This document shows positions 50,914 to 62,669 of a stretch of 64,000 bases of DNA, piece after piece. Location of the stretch: assembly GCA_951406725.2 (NCBI GenBank), contig OX597836.1, positions 33,666,001-33,730,000 on the forward strand, read 5' to 3'. Numbering within the stretch: the first letter of the stretch is position 1; each line of letters begins with the position of its first letter. A model generated the notes under the pieces. It saw nothing but the letters and a program-made list of their open reading frames with translations, did not search any database and was not told the origin of the DNA. The DNA is from Octopus vulgaris (taxonomy: Eukaryota). The translations under genes and the position numbers were made by a program.

Positions 50914-51186
50914 ACCAGGGAATTACAACTGTGTTTCGTGGTCTGCTACCACAACAGCTCCTTTATAGGATCCAGTTAGCTCAAGACATCATCAGGAGGA
51001 ACCACCAGGGAATTACAACCGTGTTTCATGGTCTGCTACCACAACAGCTCCTTTGTAGGATCCAGTCAGCTCAAGACATCATCAGGAGGAACCACCAGGG
51101 AATTACAACCGTGTTTTGTGGTCTGCTACCACAACAGCTCCTTTATAGGATCCAGTTAGCTCAAGACATCATCAGGAGGAACCAGG
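50914..51186. repeat. 90-bp tandem repeat, 3 copies
   Basis: ACCAGGGAATTACAAC at 50914, 51004 and 51094; starts right after an hAT-like end, TCTAGAT|CAGTGGTTTGCAACC. Confidence 0.9.
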
Positions 51187-51571
51187 TCCGGTTTTGACCC
51201 CTACTCCTCTACCGTTTTGACGTGGCGGGACCCCCCCCCCCACTTCGGAGGTGTCTTCAGCTCTGGTGTTGGGGGTGCATGTCTTCTTTCTTCTGTTCCC
51301 TGGCCTCTTTGATGTATCGTCAGCGAGTGTCAGCCGGTGACTGAATGACTTGTCAAATTTTCCCTTTAAATACCTGCCGCTAGGCTCCAGCAGGCAGCCC
51401 CAGCAAGTTGTCACGGGACACTGTCTCACCTTAACTGATTAGTGGAGGTGTGTAGTTTTAGCCTGTGCATTTTCTAAACGACCGTCAGAGATTTTATTGT
51501 TGAAATTTATGTGCAGTAAATTGCTCACAGTTCCACAATGCTCAAAATATTTCAATCTGCATTGCAGGGTT

Positions 51572-51965
51572 TACTCATTTTTGCCAGCTGAGTGGACTGG
51601 AGCAACGTGAAATGAAGTGTTTTTGCTCAGGAATACGTGCTGCCCAGTCTAGAAATTGAAACCACAATCTTACGATCATGATGCTGACACCCTAACCACT
51701 AAACCACGCGCCACCACAAATGCACCCTTTTAAAGCCTAGTCAGGCTCATGGGCTCGGTTTCCTGGTTTCAATGGCGTATGTGTTCCCAGGTGGACGGGA
51801 CACCAGTCCATCGCAGCATTACTCATTTTTGCCAGCTGAGTGGACTGGAGCAACGTGAAATGAAGTGTTTTTGCTCAGGAATACGTGTCGCCCAGTCCAG
51901 GAATTGAAACCACAATCTTCTGATTATAAGTTCAACACCCTAACCACTAAGCCATGCGCTCCATA
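51572..51965 (-). mobile_element. SINE family E dimer
   Basis: Reverse complement of the 61301-62046 units. Confidence 0.8.
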
Positions 51966-51989
51966 TACATGTGGTTTTTGGGAGGAGGT

Positions 51990-52312
51990 GCTTGAGTCAT
52001 GCGGGCCTGGTCAGTCTTCAGACAACCCACAGGAAGCGACCTCATGGCAAATTGTGATATGGTTGTTGTTCACAACAGAACATGTACAACATGTGGAAAC
52101 ATGTGCCTCTCAGTTGGAGGACTCAAAAAGCATGTTAAAAGAGTTCATACGGTGGCACCTGCTCCTTCTGCCAGCCAGTACAGCTGTGCATTATGTAAGG
52201 GAATGTGCAAAACCCTCACCTCATACAAGGGCCCCTCACATTGCATCAACAAGGACTCGTTTCAATGATTCTTTCTAGCAATGGCTTTGCTCATATACGA
52301 GAAGGCAGCTAA
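51990..52312 (+). mobile_element. Decayed RTE-type LINE 3' end
   Basis: CTTCGNMCLSVGGLKKHVKRVH...YSCALCKGMCKT double zinc finger and short 3' UTR. Confidence 0.55.
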
Positions 52313-52497
52313 GATGTATATAGGCATAGGAGTGGCCGTGCGGTAAGTAGCTACCAAATCCACTCACAAGGCTCTGGTCAGCCCGAGGCTATAGAAGACA
52401 CTTGCCCAAGGTGCCACGCAGTGAGACTGAACCATGAACCATGTGGTTGGGAAGCAAGCCTCTTACCACAGAGGCATGGCAGCACCTATATATATAT

Positions 52498-52538
<41 letters not shown>

Positions 52539-52592
52539 AAATACTAAATTTCTAAATCTCTCGTAGAGACATGTACGGTGGTGGGGCGATAA

Positions 52593-52684
52593 AATGGTTG
52601 AATACTGTCAATCTAACACGAACGTGAGCAGTGGTGTACCCCACTACAGTCACGTTCGTGTTAGATTGACAGTATACAACCATT
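52593..52684. repeat. Inverted repeat (arms of about 35 bp) in a (TA)n-flanked cassette
   Basis: AATGGTTGAATACTGTCAATCTAACACGAACGTGA / TCACGTTCGTGTTAGATTGACAGTATACAACCATT. Confidence 0.85.
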
Positions 52685-52747
52685 CTATATATATATATAT
52701 ATAAACATTATACATATATGCATGAATGCAGCTTCAAAGCTGGAAGA

Positions 52748-52799
<52 letters not shown>

Positions 52800-52805
<6 letters not shown>

Positions 52806-53040
52806 GTGTGTATATGTTTGTGTGCCTGTGTTTGTCCCCCCAACATCGCTTGACAACCGATGGTGGTGTGTTTACGTCCCTGTAACTTGGTAGTTTGGCA
52901 AAAGAGACCGATAAAATAAGTACTAAGCTTACAAAGAATAAGTCCTGGGGGCGATTTCTTCGACTAAAAGTGGTGCTCCAGCATGGCCACAGTCAAATGA
53001 CTGAAACAAGTAAAAGAGTATGTGTGTGTGCAAGTATACA

Positions 53041-53076
<36 letters not shown>

Positions 53077-53450
53077 GGTGCAGGAGTGGCTGTGTGGTAA
53101 GTAACTCACTTATCAACCACATGGTTTCGGGTTCAGTCCCACTGCGTGGCACCTTGGGCAAGTGTCTTCTACTATAGCCTCGGGCTGGCCAAAGCCTTGT
53201 GAGGATTTGGTAGACGGAAACTGAAAGAAGCCTGTCGTATATATGTATATATATATGTATGTGTGTGTATATATTTGTGTGTCTATGTTTACCCTCCCAA
53301 CATCATTTGACAACTTAGCGGTTCAGCAAAAGAGACCAATAGAATAAGTACTAGGCTTATGAAAAATAAGTCCTGGGGTCAATTTGCTCGACTAAAGGTG
53401 GTGCTCCAGCATAGCCACAGTCACATGACTGAAAAAAGTAAAAGAGTGAA
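52800..53450 (+). mobile_element. Two tandem SINE family A copies
   Basis: 3' half at 52800-53020 and a near-full copy at 53076-53450. Confidence 0.85.
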
Positions 53451-53721
53451 GAGTGTGTGTATATATATATATAAATATATATATATGTGAAATGATGTTG
53501 CCTTCATGCCTCAGTTTAAAAAGATTTAAGAAAATATTACAGGTACTGGCCCTCCCCCTCAGATTGACTAAGAACTTGTGTTCTCTACCACACACTAAGA
53601 CACATCCATACCCCACCTGTACACCATTTTCCAGACACTTCCTCCCACTCGGCCCCACCCCTACCACAACACACACACACACACACAAATGTGTGAGTCT
53701 CCTTCACACCATAAAAACACA

Positions 53722-53761
<40 letters not shown>

Positions 53762-53891
53762 AGGAAAAAGCAGCTGGAGGAAAAAAAAAAAGATGATGAT
53801 GATGGTGGTAGTGGTGGTGGTGGTGTTGGTGGTAATAATGATAATAAGAGATGTTGGATGGTGGTGTTGATGATAGTAATGATAGAAATAG

Positions 53892-53925
<34 letters not shown>

Positions 53926-54301
53926 AACAGTGATGGCGACGACGATGATAATGATGAATACACCTAGTTAGTCCCAGGTGCAACAACTACAAAGAATTAA
54001 GAGAAAAGGATGCAACAGCATAAACAGCAATGGTGCATGCTGCTACTACTGCTACTACTACTACTCCATCCACAGTTGCCAAGTGCTAATCACTGAACAA
54101 TATACATACATACATATATATATTTATATTGAGAGAGTGAGTTGGAGTGGGGTTGAAACCCTATTTTAAACAGCACTGTGGTATGCCACTGTTGCTGGTT
54201 GTGATGGTTTCAGAAAATGCATGAATGATAATTTTATCACATCAACATGATAAAAACTGACATTGATGTGTGTTCCTGAACATGTGTGTGTGTATGTGTA
54301 T

Positions 54302-54360
<59 letters not shown>

Positions 54361-55057
54361 AACACAAACAGATACATGTGTCTATGTTTGATTTTTTTTG
54401 GGAAGTAGTTGTTTTGGTTTCTCTTTTGTTTTGTTTTTTGGTTACCATTTTTAGCATTATCAGAACTATGGCAGAAGCAACAAAATATAGGGGGCCCCTC
54501 AGACGAAATGTCTTGGGGAAATTTAGTTATGTGCACCTTACTGCTAAATTTGAGTTTATTTTCACCTACCCACCAGGGCACATGTAGGATTTCCATATTT
54601 TTTATTTATTTATTTTTTTTTTAAATTTGTGATTTAATTGATGGTAGCTCTCATTAAGTGGCTTTGTACCTACATTAAGAATTATTGGCAGAATTGTTAG
54701 CATGCTAGTAGCGAGCTTGTAGAAACGTTAGCAGGCCGGGCAAAATGCTTAGCTGTATTTCGTCTGCCGTAATGTTTTGAGTTCAAATTCCACTGAGGTC
54801 GGCTTTGACTTTCATCCTTTTGGGGTCGATAAATGAAGTACCAGTTACGCATTGGGGTCGATGTAATCGACTTAATCCCATTGTCTGTCCTTGTTTAATT
54901 TAAATATGGAACTCGTAGAATCATTACTGCACTGGACGAAATTCTCAGCAGTATTTCTTTTGGTATTTTTTTACATTTAGATTTCAAATTCCACCAAGGC
55001 TGGCTTTGCTCTTCATGCATTTGAGCTCGATAAAATAGGCATGTAATTGATTTCCCA

Positions 55058-55740
55058 ATCATCATCATCATTTAGTGTCTGGTTTCCATGCTGGCATGGA
55101 TTGGACGGATTGATTGGAACTGGTAAGCTGGAGAGCTGCACCAAGTTCCACTCTGATTTGGCATGGTTTTTACAGATGCCCTTCCTAATGCCAACCACTC
55201 CAAGAGAGTAATGGGTGCTTTATATGTGCTACCAGCACAGATGCCAGTTATGTGCCACCGGCATTGGCCACAACTACAATTTCACTTGGCTTGACGAGTC
55301 TTCTCAAGCACAACATATCACCAAGGGTCTCAGTCAGTTATCTTTGCTTCCACAAGGCTCCACATTTGAGGAGTGCCTTTTTATGTGCCACCAGCACAGG
55401 TGTCAGTTAAATGACACTGGCATCGGCCACAACTAGGCTTTCACTTGACTCGATGAGTCTTTTCAAGCATGGCATATCACCGAAGGTCTCAGTCAGTTAT
55501 CATTGCCTCCACAAAGCTCCATATTCGAGGGGTGCTTTTTATGTGCAACCAGCATGGATGTCAATCATGTGACACTGGCATTGTCCACAACTCCATGAGT
55601 CTTTTCAAGCACAGCATATCACGAAAGGTCTCGGTCAGTTTATCATTGCTTCTGTGAGGCCCCACATTCAAAGGGTGCTTCTTACATGCCACTAGAACTG
55701 GTGCCTGTTATGCAACACCAGCATTGGCCACAACTACACT
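55058..55740 (-). mobile_element. (GAT)n-tailed interspersed repeat with internal tandem units of about 160 bp
   Basis: CATCATCATCATTTA..TTTCCATGCTGGCATGG shared with 16635; units recur near 55215, 55372, 55531 and 55673. Confidence 0.65.
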
Positions 55741-55849
55741 TTCACATCCCTCTAAAATTGCTGGCATTGAGCGAAAATTTAAAACCATTATCAAGACAGT
55801 AAGCTGGCAGCATTTTTCCCAGTCCTTTTACTTTCTGTGTTCAAATACC

Positions 55850-56260
55850 TATTTCTTTACTACTCACATGGGGCCAAACACAGAGAGGACGAACAAGGAC
55901 AGAAAAACTTTATCAACCCCAAAAGGATGAAAGATTAAGTTGACATCGGCAGAATTTGAACTTAGGATGTAGTGGTGGGTGAAATACTGCTAAGCATTCC
56001 GTCCAGCGTGCTAATGATTCTGCCAGCTCACCGCTCTATGATAATAATAATCTTTTCTACTCTAGGCACAAGGCCCGGAAATTTTGGGGAGGGTGCCAGT
56101 CGATTATATTGACCCCAGTGCGTAACTGGTACTTAATTTATCGACCCCGAAAGGATGAAAGGCAAAGCCGACCTCGGCAGAATTTGAACTCAGAACGTAA
56201 CGGCAGACGAAATACCGCTACGCATTTCACCCGGCGTGCTAACGTTTCTGCCAGCTCGCC
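55850..56260 (-). mobile_element. Composite of two SINE B-type copies under one TSD
   Basis: 13-bp TSD GTGTTCAAATACC (55837-55849, 56261-56273) within an older plus-strand copy. Confidence 0.75.
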
Positions 56261-57155
56261 GTGTTCAAATACCATTGAGGTCAACATTACCTCTCATCCT
56301 TCTGGGGCTTAATGAAATAAAGCCCCCTCAGAAAGAATGCCAGCCTTTCGCAGATAACATTTCCACGTGGCTGACATAACCAGGTATCTTATTATGTATT
56401 ATAAAAACATTCTCCCCGCAGCCCCGACACCAAAAATTTAGACAATATCTCGAGACGCATGCAACTATGTTGTATAACTGCACCACTGCACCAGAATGCA
56501 TCATCACTTGATAGTGAAGCAACCTGTGTGGGTGGGGCAGGGCGGGGCAGGACGGGGCGAGGGTGAAGATCTCACCTGAAAAATGCACAGATGAAAAGCT
56601 GAAGTTAATGAGCAAACAGAAAACTGGCCAGGGTCGTTAGAGGTAGATAGCAAGAGAGGAAAGGGTGGTGGTGGTGGTGGTGGTGAGGGAGAAAGAGAGA
56701 GATAGGGATAGGGAGAGAGAGAGAGAGGTGAATGGAGAGTTGGGGGCAGGGTGGGAGGAGTTACTTAATGCGATATCAAGTGTTCTCGTTAAGCCTTAAT
56801 GTTAAGTAACAGGAAACTGGATGAGTAATTAGAGAAGATTTTAATGAGTTTGTTAACAGAGACAGACAGACAGACAGAGAAAAAGAGAGGGAGAAAGAAT
56901 CTTATTGAATTAAAATGAAACAGAGATAGACAACACATGTGCACACACAAAGGAGTCTGTTGGTGTGAGTGTGCATGTGTATGTGTGTGTGCATGTGTGT
57001 GTGCATGTGTGTGTGTGTGAGAGAGAATTAGGGGTATGCGTCTAGGTATGTGTAAAAAGACAAAAACAAAAAACACTTTCCAAATTCTACAACAGACCTG
57101 AAAACATTGCACCTCACAGACAAGGGGCAGCCAATCAAGATAACAGGGCCCCTCC

Positions 57156-57230
<75 letters not shown>

Positions 57231-57811
57231 AGAGAGAGAGAAAGAGAGAGAGAGAGAATGAGTGTGTGTGTGTGTGTGTGAGAATCCATGCATGTAAGGT
57301 ATTTATACTTTGTTCACAGTGTCAACAGGAAATTTGGTTTTAGGAGGAAATCGAAGTTGAGCTTGTGTTGTAAGCAGGGCAAGAATTTGAAGAGTATTAG
57401 AGGCCGGGTGTTTCGAGAGAGAGAGTATGTGGTGTTCATTTGGTTGTTGTGTGTTACTCGCGATGAGGAGTATAGAGGTAGGTGTGAATACGAGTAATGT
57501 GTAGACAGGAGTAGACTGTGTTTAGCGGTAGTGTGTGTTTGTGTGTGTAGAAGGAGTAATGTGCTTGTGTGTGTTTGTAAGAGTAGAATGTGTCGCCCGG
57601 CTCACCGATAATCGGTGGACCTGTGTAGTTGTTGAGTGGTACCCGTGAGAGTAGAAACGACCATTTGGAAGGCCTCCACGATGGTGGAGCTATGATTTCT
57701 GGAAGACGATTGGGATCACGTGTATGAGAAAGGTGCGATCCAGAGAGGAGTGGATAGCGTGCTGTGACCAGCGGTGTCAAATGGATGCCCGATGGACTGG
57801 TCGGTCAAGGT

Positions 57812-58018
57812 CACGGGTGGGCAAACTACGGCCCGCCATAGGTTTTCATGCAGCCCACTGAGAGGAATATTTCACAAAATTTCCTTTCAATCAATTGTGT
57901 GTTTATAGGTCTATAACCGCCTTTAAAAATATTTTCACTTGATTTTTATAAATGAGGCCCGCCAAGGTTCCAAAGACGCACTGTGCGGCCCGCGATCAAA
58001 AGTGTTCGCCCACCCCTG
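57812..58018. mobile_element. hAT MITE
   Basis: TIR CACGGGTGGGCAAAC / GTTCGCCCACCCCTG; perfect 8-bp TSD GTCAAGGT. Confidence 0.9.
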
Positions 58019-58052
58019 GTCAAGGTGATCAAAGTGATATATATATATATAT

Positions 58053-59195
58053 AATAAGGTCGTCAAGTATGAAATTTGTAGTAAGTTATATGGTAAACTT
58101 TGACAGCTGCTCATTTTGTGCCAGTATTATATTTTGACAATCTTTAATTTTTGTTAGAAAGCTGACACATCTATTTCTTTATTCCAATTCATTTTACACA
58201 TTATAAAGTATTTATAAATCGTTTTTTGCTGTTTTTGTTTAGAGATAGAGAAGTTGGAAATTCATACAGTTTTGAAATACGAGTTCTTTCTTGGAAATAC
58301 AGCATCACAGACAGCTTGGAACATTAAAAGAGTATTTTGTTCTACTGTTATTACACAGCAGACAGTTTCAAATTGGTTTGCAAAATTTCGTTCTGGTAAC
58401 TTTGACTTCACAAATGAGCTACGCAGTCGACCAGAAACAAAGGTGGATAATGACGAACCGAGATCCACTGTCGAGTCAGCTCCATCTCAAAGTGCCTGTG
58501 AATTATCATTGTTTGGTGTTAGCAAGCAAACAATATTGACTCACCTAGTTCAAATCGGTAAAGTGAAAAAGTTGGATAAGTGGGTTCCACATGAACTCAA
58601 TGAAAATCAGAAAGAGCAATGTTTGGAAGCCTGCATAATGCTACTTTCTTGTCACAAAAATGTATCATTTTTGAATTGAATTGTAACATGTGATGAGAAA
58701 TGGATCCAATACAACTGTAAATGTTCAGCACAATGGTTGGACAAAGACGAGCCTCCAAAACACAGTCCAAAAAGCAAAATTCATCAAAAGAAGATAATGG
58801 TGTGTGTTTGGTGTTCTGGCACAGGTGTTTGTTGTTTGTTCCTTCTCGAGCCATGCCTGGCTCATAAGGGCCAGTTTTCCGGTTTCATTGGCGTATAGGT
58901 TTCCCACCTGGACGGGACGCCGGTCTGTTGCAGGTGAGCTGCAAGATGCAGGAGGAAAGAGTGAGAGAAAGTTGTGGTGAAAGAGTCAGCAGAAGTTTGC
59001 CATTACCTTCAGCTGAGGCTGCGTGGAGCTTAGGTGTTTCGCTCATGAACACACACATCACCCAGTCTGAGATTTGAACCCGCAATCCCTCGACTGCGAG
59101 TCTGCTGCTCTAACCACTAGGCCATGTGCCTCAACTGGTGCAGGTGTGATCCATTATGATTTCATTAAACCTGGCCCATCAACCACATCTTAAGT
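58053..59195 (+). pseudogene. Mariner transposase pseudogene interrupted by a SINE
   Basis: HTH region WFAKFRSGNF, WVPHEL at 58581, IVTCDEKW after an in-frame TGA, KIHQKKIMVCVW; resumes as GVIHYDFIKPG after the insert. Confidence 0.9.
58829..59134 (-). mobile_element. tRNA-derived SINE (X body + E tail)
   Basis: Body matches 30619-30800, tail matches 61940-62010; imperfect TSD CTGGCACAGGTGT / CTGGTGCAGGTGT. Confidence 0.85.
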
Positions 59196-59209
59196 CTACT
59201 GCAGCCAAC

Positions 59210-59570
59210 TGGACTAACCACATTGTTCCAGGTTCAGTCCCACTGCGTGGCACCTTGGGCAAGTGTCTTCTACTATAGCCTCGGGCCAACCAAAACCTTG
59301 TGAGTGGATTTGGTAGACGGAAACTGAAAGAAGCCTGTCGTATATATGTATGTGTGTGCATGTGTGTTTGTGTGTCTGTGTTTGTCCCCCTAGCATTGCT
59401 TGACAACCGCTGGTGGTGTGTTTATGTCCCCGTCACTTAGCAGTTCGGCAAAAGAGACCGATAGAATAAGTACTGGGCTTACAAAGAATAAGTCCCGGGG
59501 TCGAGTTGCTCGATTAAAGGCGGTGCTCCAGCATGGCTGCAGTCAAATGACTGAAACAAGTAAAAGAGAG
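59210..59570 (+). mobile_element. SINE family A
   Basis: Homologous to 2359-2780. Confidence 0.85.
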
Positions 59571-59601
<31 letters not shown>

Positions 59602-59618
59602 CCGGAGTAAACAATTTT

Positions 59619-59671
59619 AACAAAACTGTCCGACGAACGGGAACGTGAAACTCTGAGTAACAGGTTTTGTT
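59619..59671 (+). ncRNA. Type-I hammerhead motif (U4C variant), same family as the 28520 palindrome
   Basis: AACAAAACTGT CCGACGA ACG-GGAA-CGT GAA ACTC-T-GAGT A ACAGGTTTTGTT; all three stems can form. Confidence 0.72.
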
Positions 59672-59799
59672 GAATTTCTGCTGCTTTTAAATAAAGTATA
59701 TATATATATATATATATATAATAATAAATATTAGGGAATGAATCCAAAATTACAGGGAAAAATCAGATTTAGGGTTAAATCCAATTTTATAGTAAAATG

Positions 59800-59976
59800 T
59801 TATATAATATAATTCGAGACAAAACCACTATTTTAAAACCAAACAAGGAAAGACTTAATCAATACATAAAATTTTAATATAAATTAAATAAATAAATAAA
59901 ATTTAATATTATATTAAAATTTTATGTATTGATTAAGGTTTTAAAATAGTGGTTTTGTCTCGAATTATATTATATA
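59800..59976. repeat. AT-rich foldback next to (TA)n
   Basis: TATAATATAATTCGAGACAAAACCACTATTTTAAAACC and TTAATCAATACATAAAATTTTAATATA recur inverted at 59910-59976. Confidence 0.8.
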
Positions 59977-60579
59977 TATATACTGTGTATTTTCTGGAAT
60001 ACAAATCAAATTATTTTAGAGCAAAATTTACAGCCCAAATCAGGTGGGTTGACTTAAACACCAGGCAGCTAAAATTTCATGCAAAATGCAGCAGGATTTG
60101 GAAAGATAATGACGATGTCTGAATGTTTACATTAAGTTCTGTGTGACTTGCATGCTGGAAAACACGAAAATAGAGTAAATGTTTTTTTTAAATTCTTTAT
60201 TCTGTTACCACTTTGTGTTCCTTTAGAATGGTGATAAGAAGATTCTTGATTCCAAGTATTCCAAGTAGAGAACAATAGAACGATGAGGTATGCAAACAGT
60301 GTGAAAAAAAAAATGGGCAGATAGACCCAAGCCGTACACAACTGCATGTGTGTGTGTGTGTGTGTGTGTGTGTGGAGGGAGAGAAACTGACAGAGAGGAT
60401 ACAGTGGAGAAAAAAAAGATGTTGATAAGATGTAATGTTGATTGTGTTGTGTAAACAATGTTAATCAACAACTTTGATGGTTCCATGTTGATTTAAACAA
60501 ATAACACTTGGCGGATTTAACCTTGTTGTAATGTGAGTAGTGGTGGGGAAGGGGGAATGTTGGTGGTGATGGAGGGAGA

Positions 60580-61100
60580 TTAGTGGTGGTGGTGGTGATG
60601 TTGGTGGAAGTAGTGGTGGTGATGGTTGTGATGGTAGAGGTGGTGATGGTGGTGGTAGTGGTGATGGTGGTGATAGTGATGGTTATGGTGGTGGTGTTGG
60701 TGAAAGTTGTGGTGATGTTAGTGGAGGTAATGGTGGTGATGGTTGTGATGGTGGTGGTGGTGATGTTGGTGGTTGTGGTGGTGATGGTGGTGGTGGTGGT
60801 GATGTTGGTGGAGGTGATGATGGTGGAGGTGATGATGGTGGAGGTGATGATGGTGGAGGTGGTGATGGTGGTGGTAGTGATGGTTGTGGTGGTGATGTTG
60901 GTGATGGTGATGTTGGTGGAGGTGGTGATGTGGAGGTGGTGATGGTGTAGGTTGTGATGGTGGAAGTGGTGATGGTGATGTTGGTTGTGGTTGTGATGAT
61001 GGTTCTGGTGGTTGTAATGATAATGTTTGTGGTGGTAGTGGTGGTGAGGGGCTGGGTGGCTGTGTTAGTAGTGATGATGATGGTGGTGGTGATTGTTGTT
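60580..61100. repeat. (GGT)/(GAT) trinucleotide mosaic
   Basis: Direct reading. Confidence 0.9.
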
Positions 61101-61300
61101 CACTGGTATGGTAATAGTGATGGCAGTGAATTATTTTTTACATATTTTTACCTGCGAAATGAGCACAGGGCATAGTGTACCTCAGACTACATTAACCAGA
61201 ATGCATGCGACAACAGGTATCTACAAGCACTAGAAATTTTCAAAGATATACTTTAACCCTTTTACATTCAGATAATTCTAATCAAATATAATGCTTATTT

Positions 61301-62046
61301 GTGGAGGCTTAGTGGTTAGGATGTCAGCACCATGATTGTAAGATTGTGGTTTCGATTCCTGGACCGAGCGACGCGTTGTGTTCTTGAGCAAAACACTTCA
61401 TTTCACGATGCTCCATTCCACTCAGCTGACAAAAATGAGTAAAGCTGCAATGGACTGGTGTCCCGTCCAGCTGGGGAACACATACGCCATTGAAACCGGG
61501 CCCATGAGCCTGGCTAGGCTTTAAAAGGGCACAGTGAAGGTACGTGGCCTAGTGGTTTAGGGTGTCAGTATCATGATCGTAAGATTGTGGTTTCAATTCC
61601 TGGACTGGGCGAGTGTTGTGTTCTTGAGCAAAAACACTTCATTTCACGTTGCTCCAGTTCACTCAGCTGGCAAAAATGAGTAAAGCTGCAATGGACTGGC
61701 ATCCAGTCAGGCTAAGGAACACATACGCCATTGAAACAGGGAAACCGAGCCTATGAGCCTGGCTAGGCTTTAAAAGGGCACAGTGAAGGTACGTGGCCTA
61801 GTGGTTTAGGGTGTCAGTATCATGATCGTAAGATTGTGGTTTCAATTCCTGGACTGGGCGACGTGTTGTGTTCTTGAGCAAAACACTTCATTTCACACTG
61901 CTCCAGTCCACTCAGCTGGCAAAAATGAGTAACGCTGCGCTGGACTGGCATCCCGTCCAGCTGGGGAACACATACGCCATTGAAACAGGGAAACCGGGCC
62001 CATGAGCCTGGATAGGCTTTAAAAGGGCGCAAAAAAAAAAAAATAA
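61301..62046 (+). mobile_element. SINE family E head-to-tail trimer inside a TTAA MITE
   Basis: Three units, A-rich tail only after the last; 13-bp TSD ATAATGCTTATTT (61288-61300, 62047-62059). Confidence 0.88.
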
Positions 62047-62295
62047 ATAATGCTTATTTATTCACATAGATTTTAATTAATTACGGATTATCTCATAGCT
62101 TCAAGATTTCAATGGTGCATTTGTATATTTTTTAGAATGGCATTGTAGGGTAAGTGTGAGAGGCTGGATCTGGTCAGTTTTAACGTGAGACAGGTAGAAT
62201 ATTTGAGCCGGATATGGCCAGATAAAATGCTTAATAAAGGGTTAAAGGCTTTAGAAAATATTGAGCCCCACTGAGGCAAACTGGTGAAGTGATGA

Positions 62296-62373
<78 letters not shown>

Positions 62374-62433
62374 CAATAATAAATCTCTGAACGAGGTATA
62401 AACAGTAACTTTTCATGATTTTCATGATGTGGT

Positions 62434-62628
62434 TACTCTTTTACTTGTTTCAGTCATTTGATTGTGGCCATGCTGGAGCAACGCCTTCAGTCGAGCAAAT
62501 CGACCCCAGGACTTATTCTTTGTAAGCCTAGTGCTTATTCTATTGGTCTCTTTTACCGAACCACTAAGTTATGGGGATGTAAACACACTAGTAACGGTTG
62601 TCAAGCAATGTTGGGGGCACAAACACAG

Positions 62629-62669
<41 letters not shown>

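Noticed and set aside
50914-51186. Regularly spaced repeats considered as a CRISPR array
   Set aside because: Whole 90-bp units repeat with no unique spacers; eukaryotic context and no cas genes.
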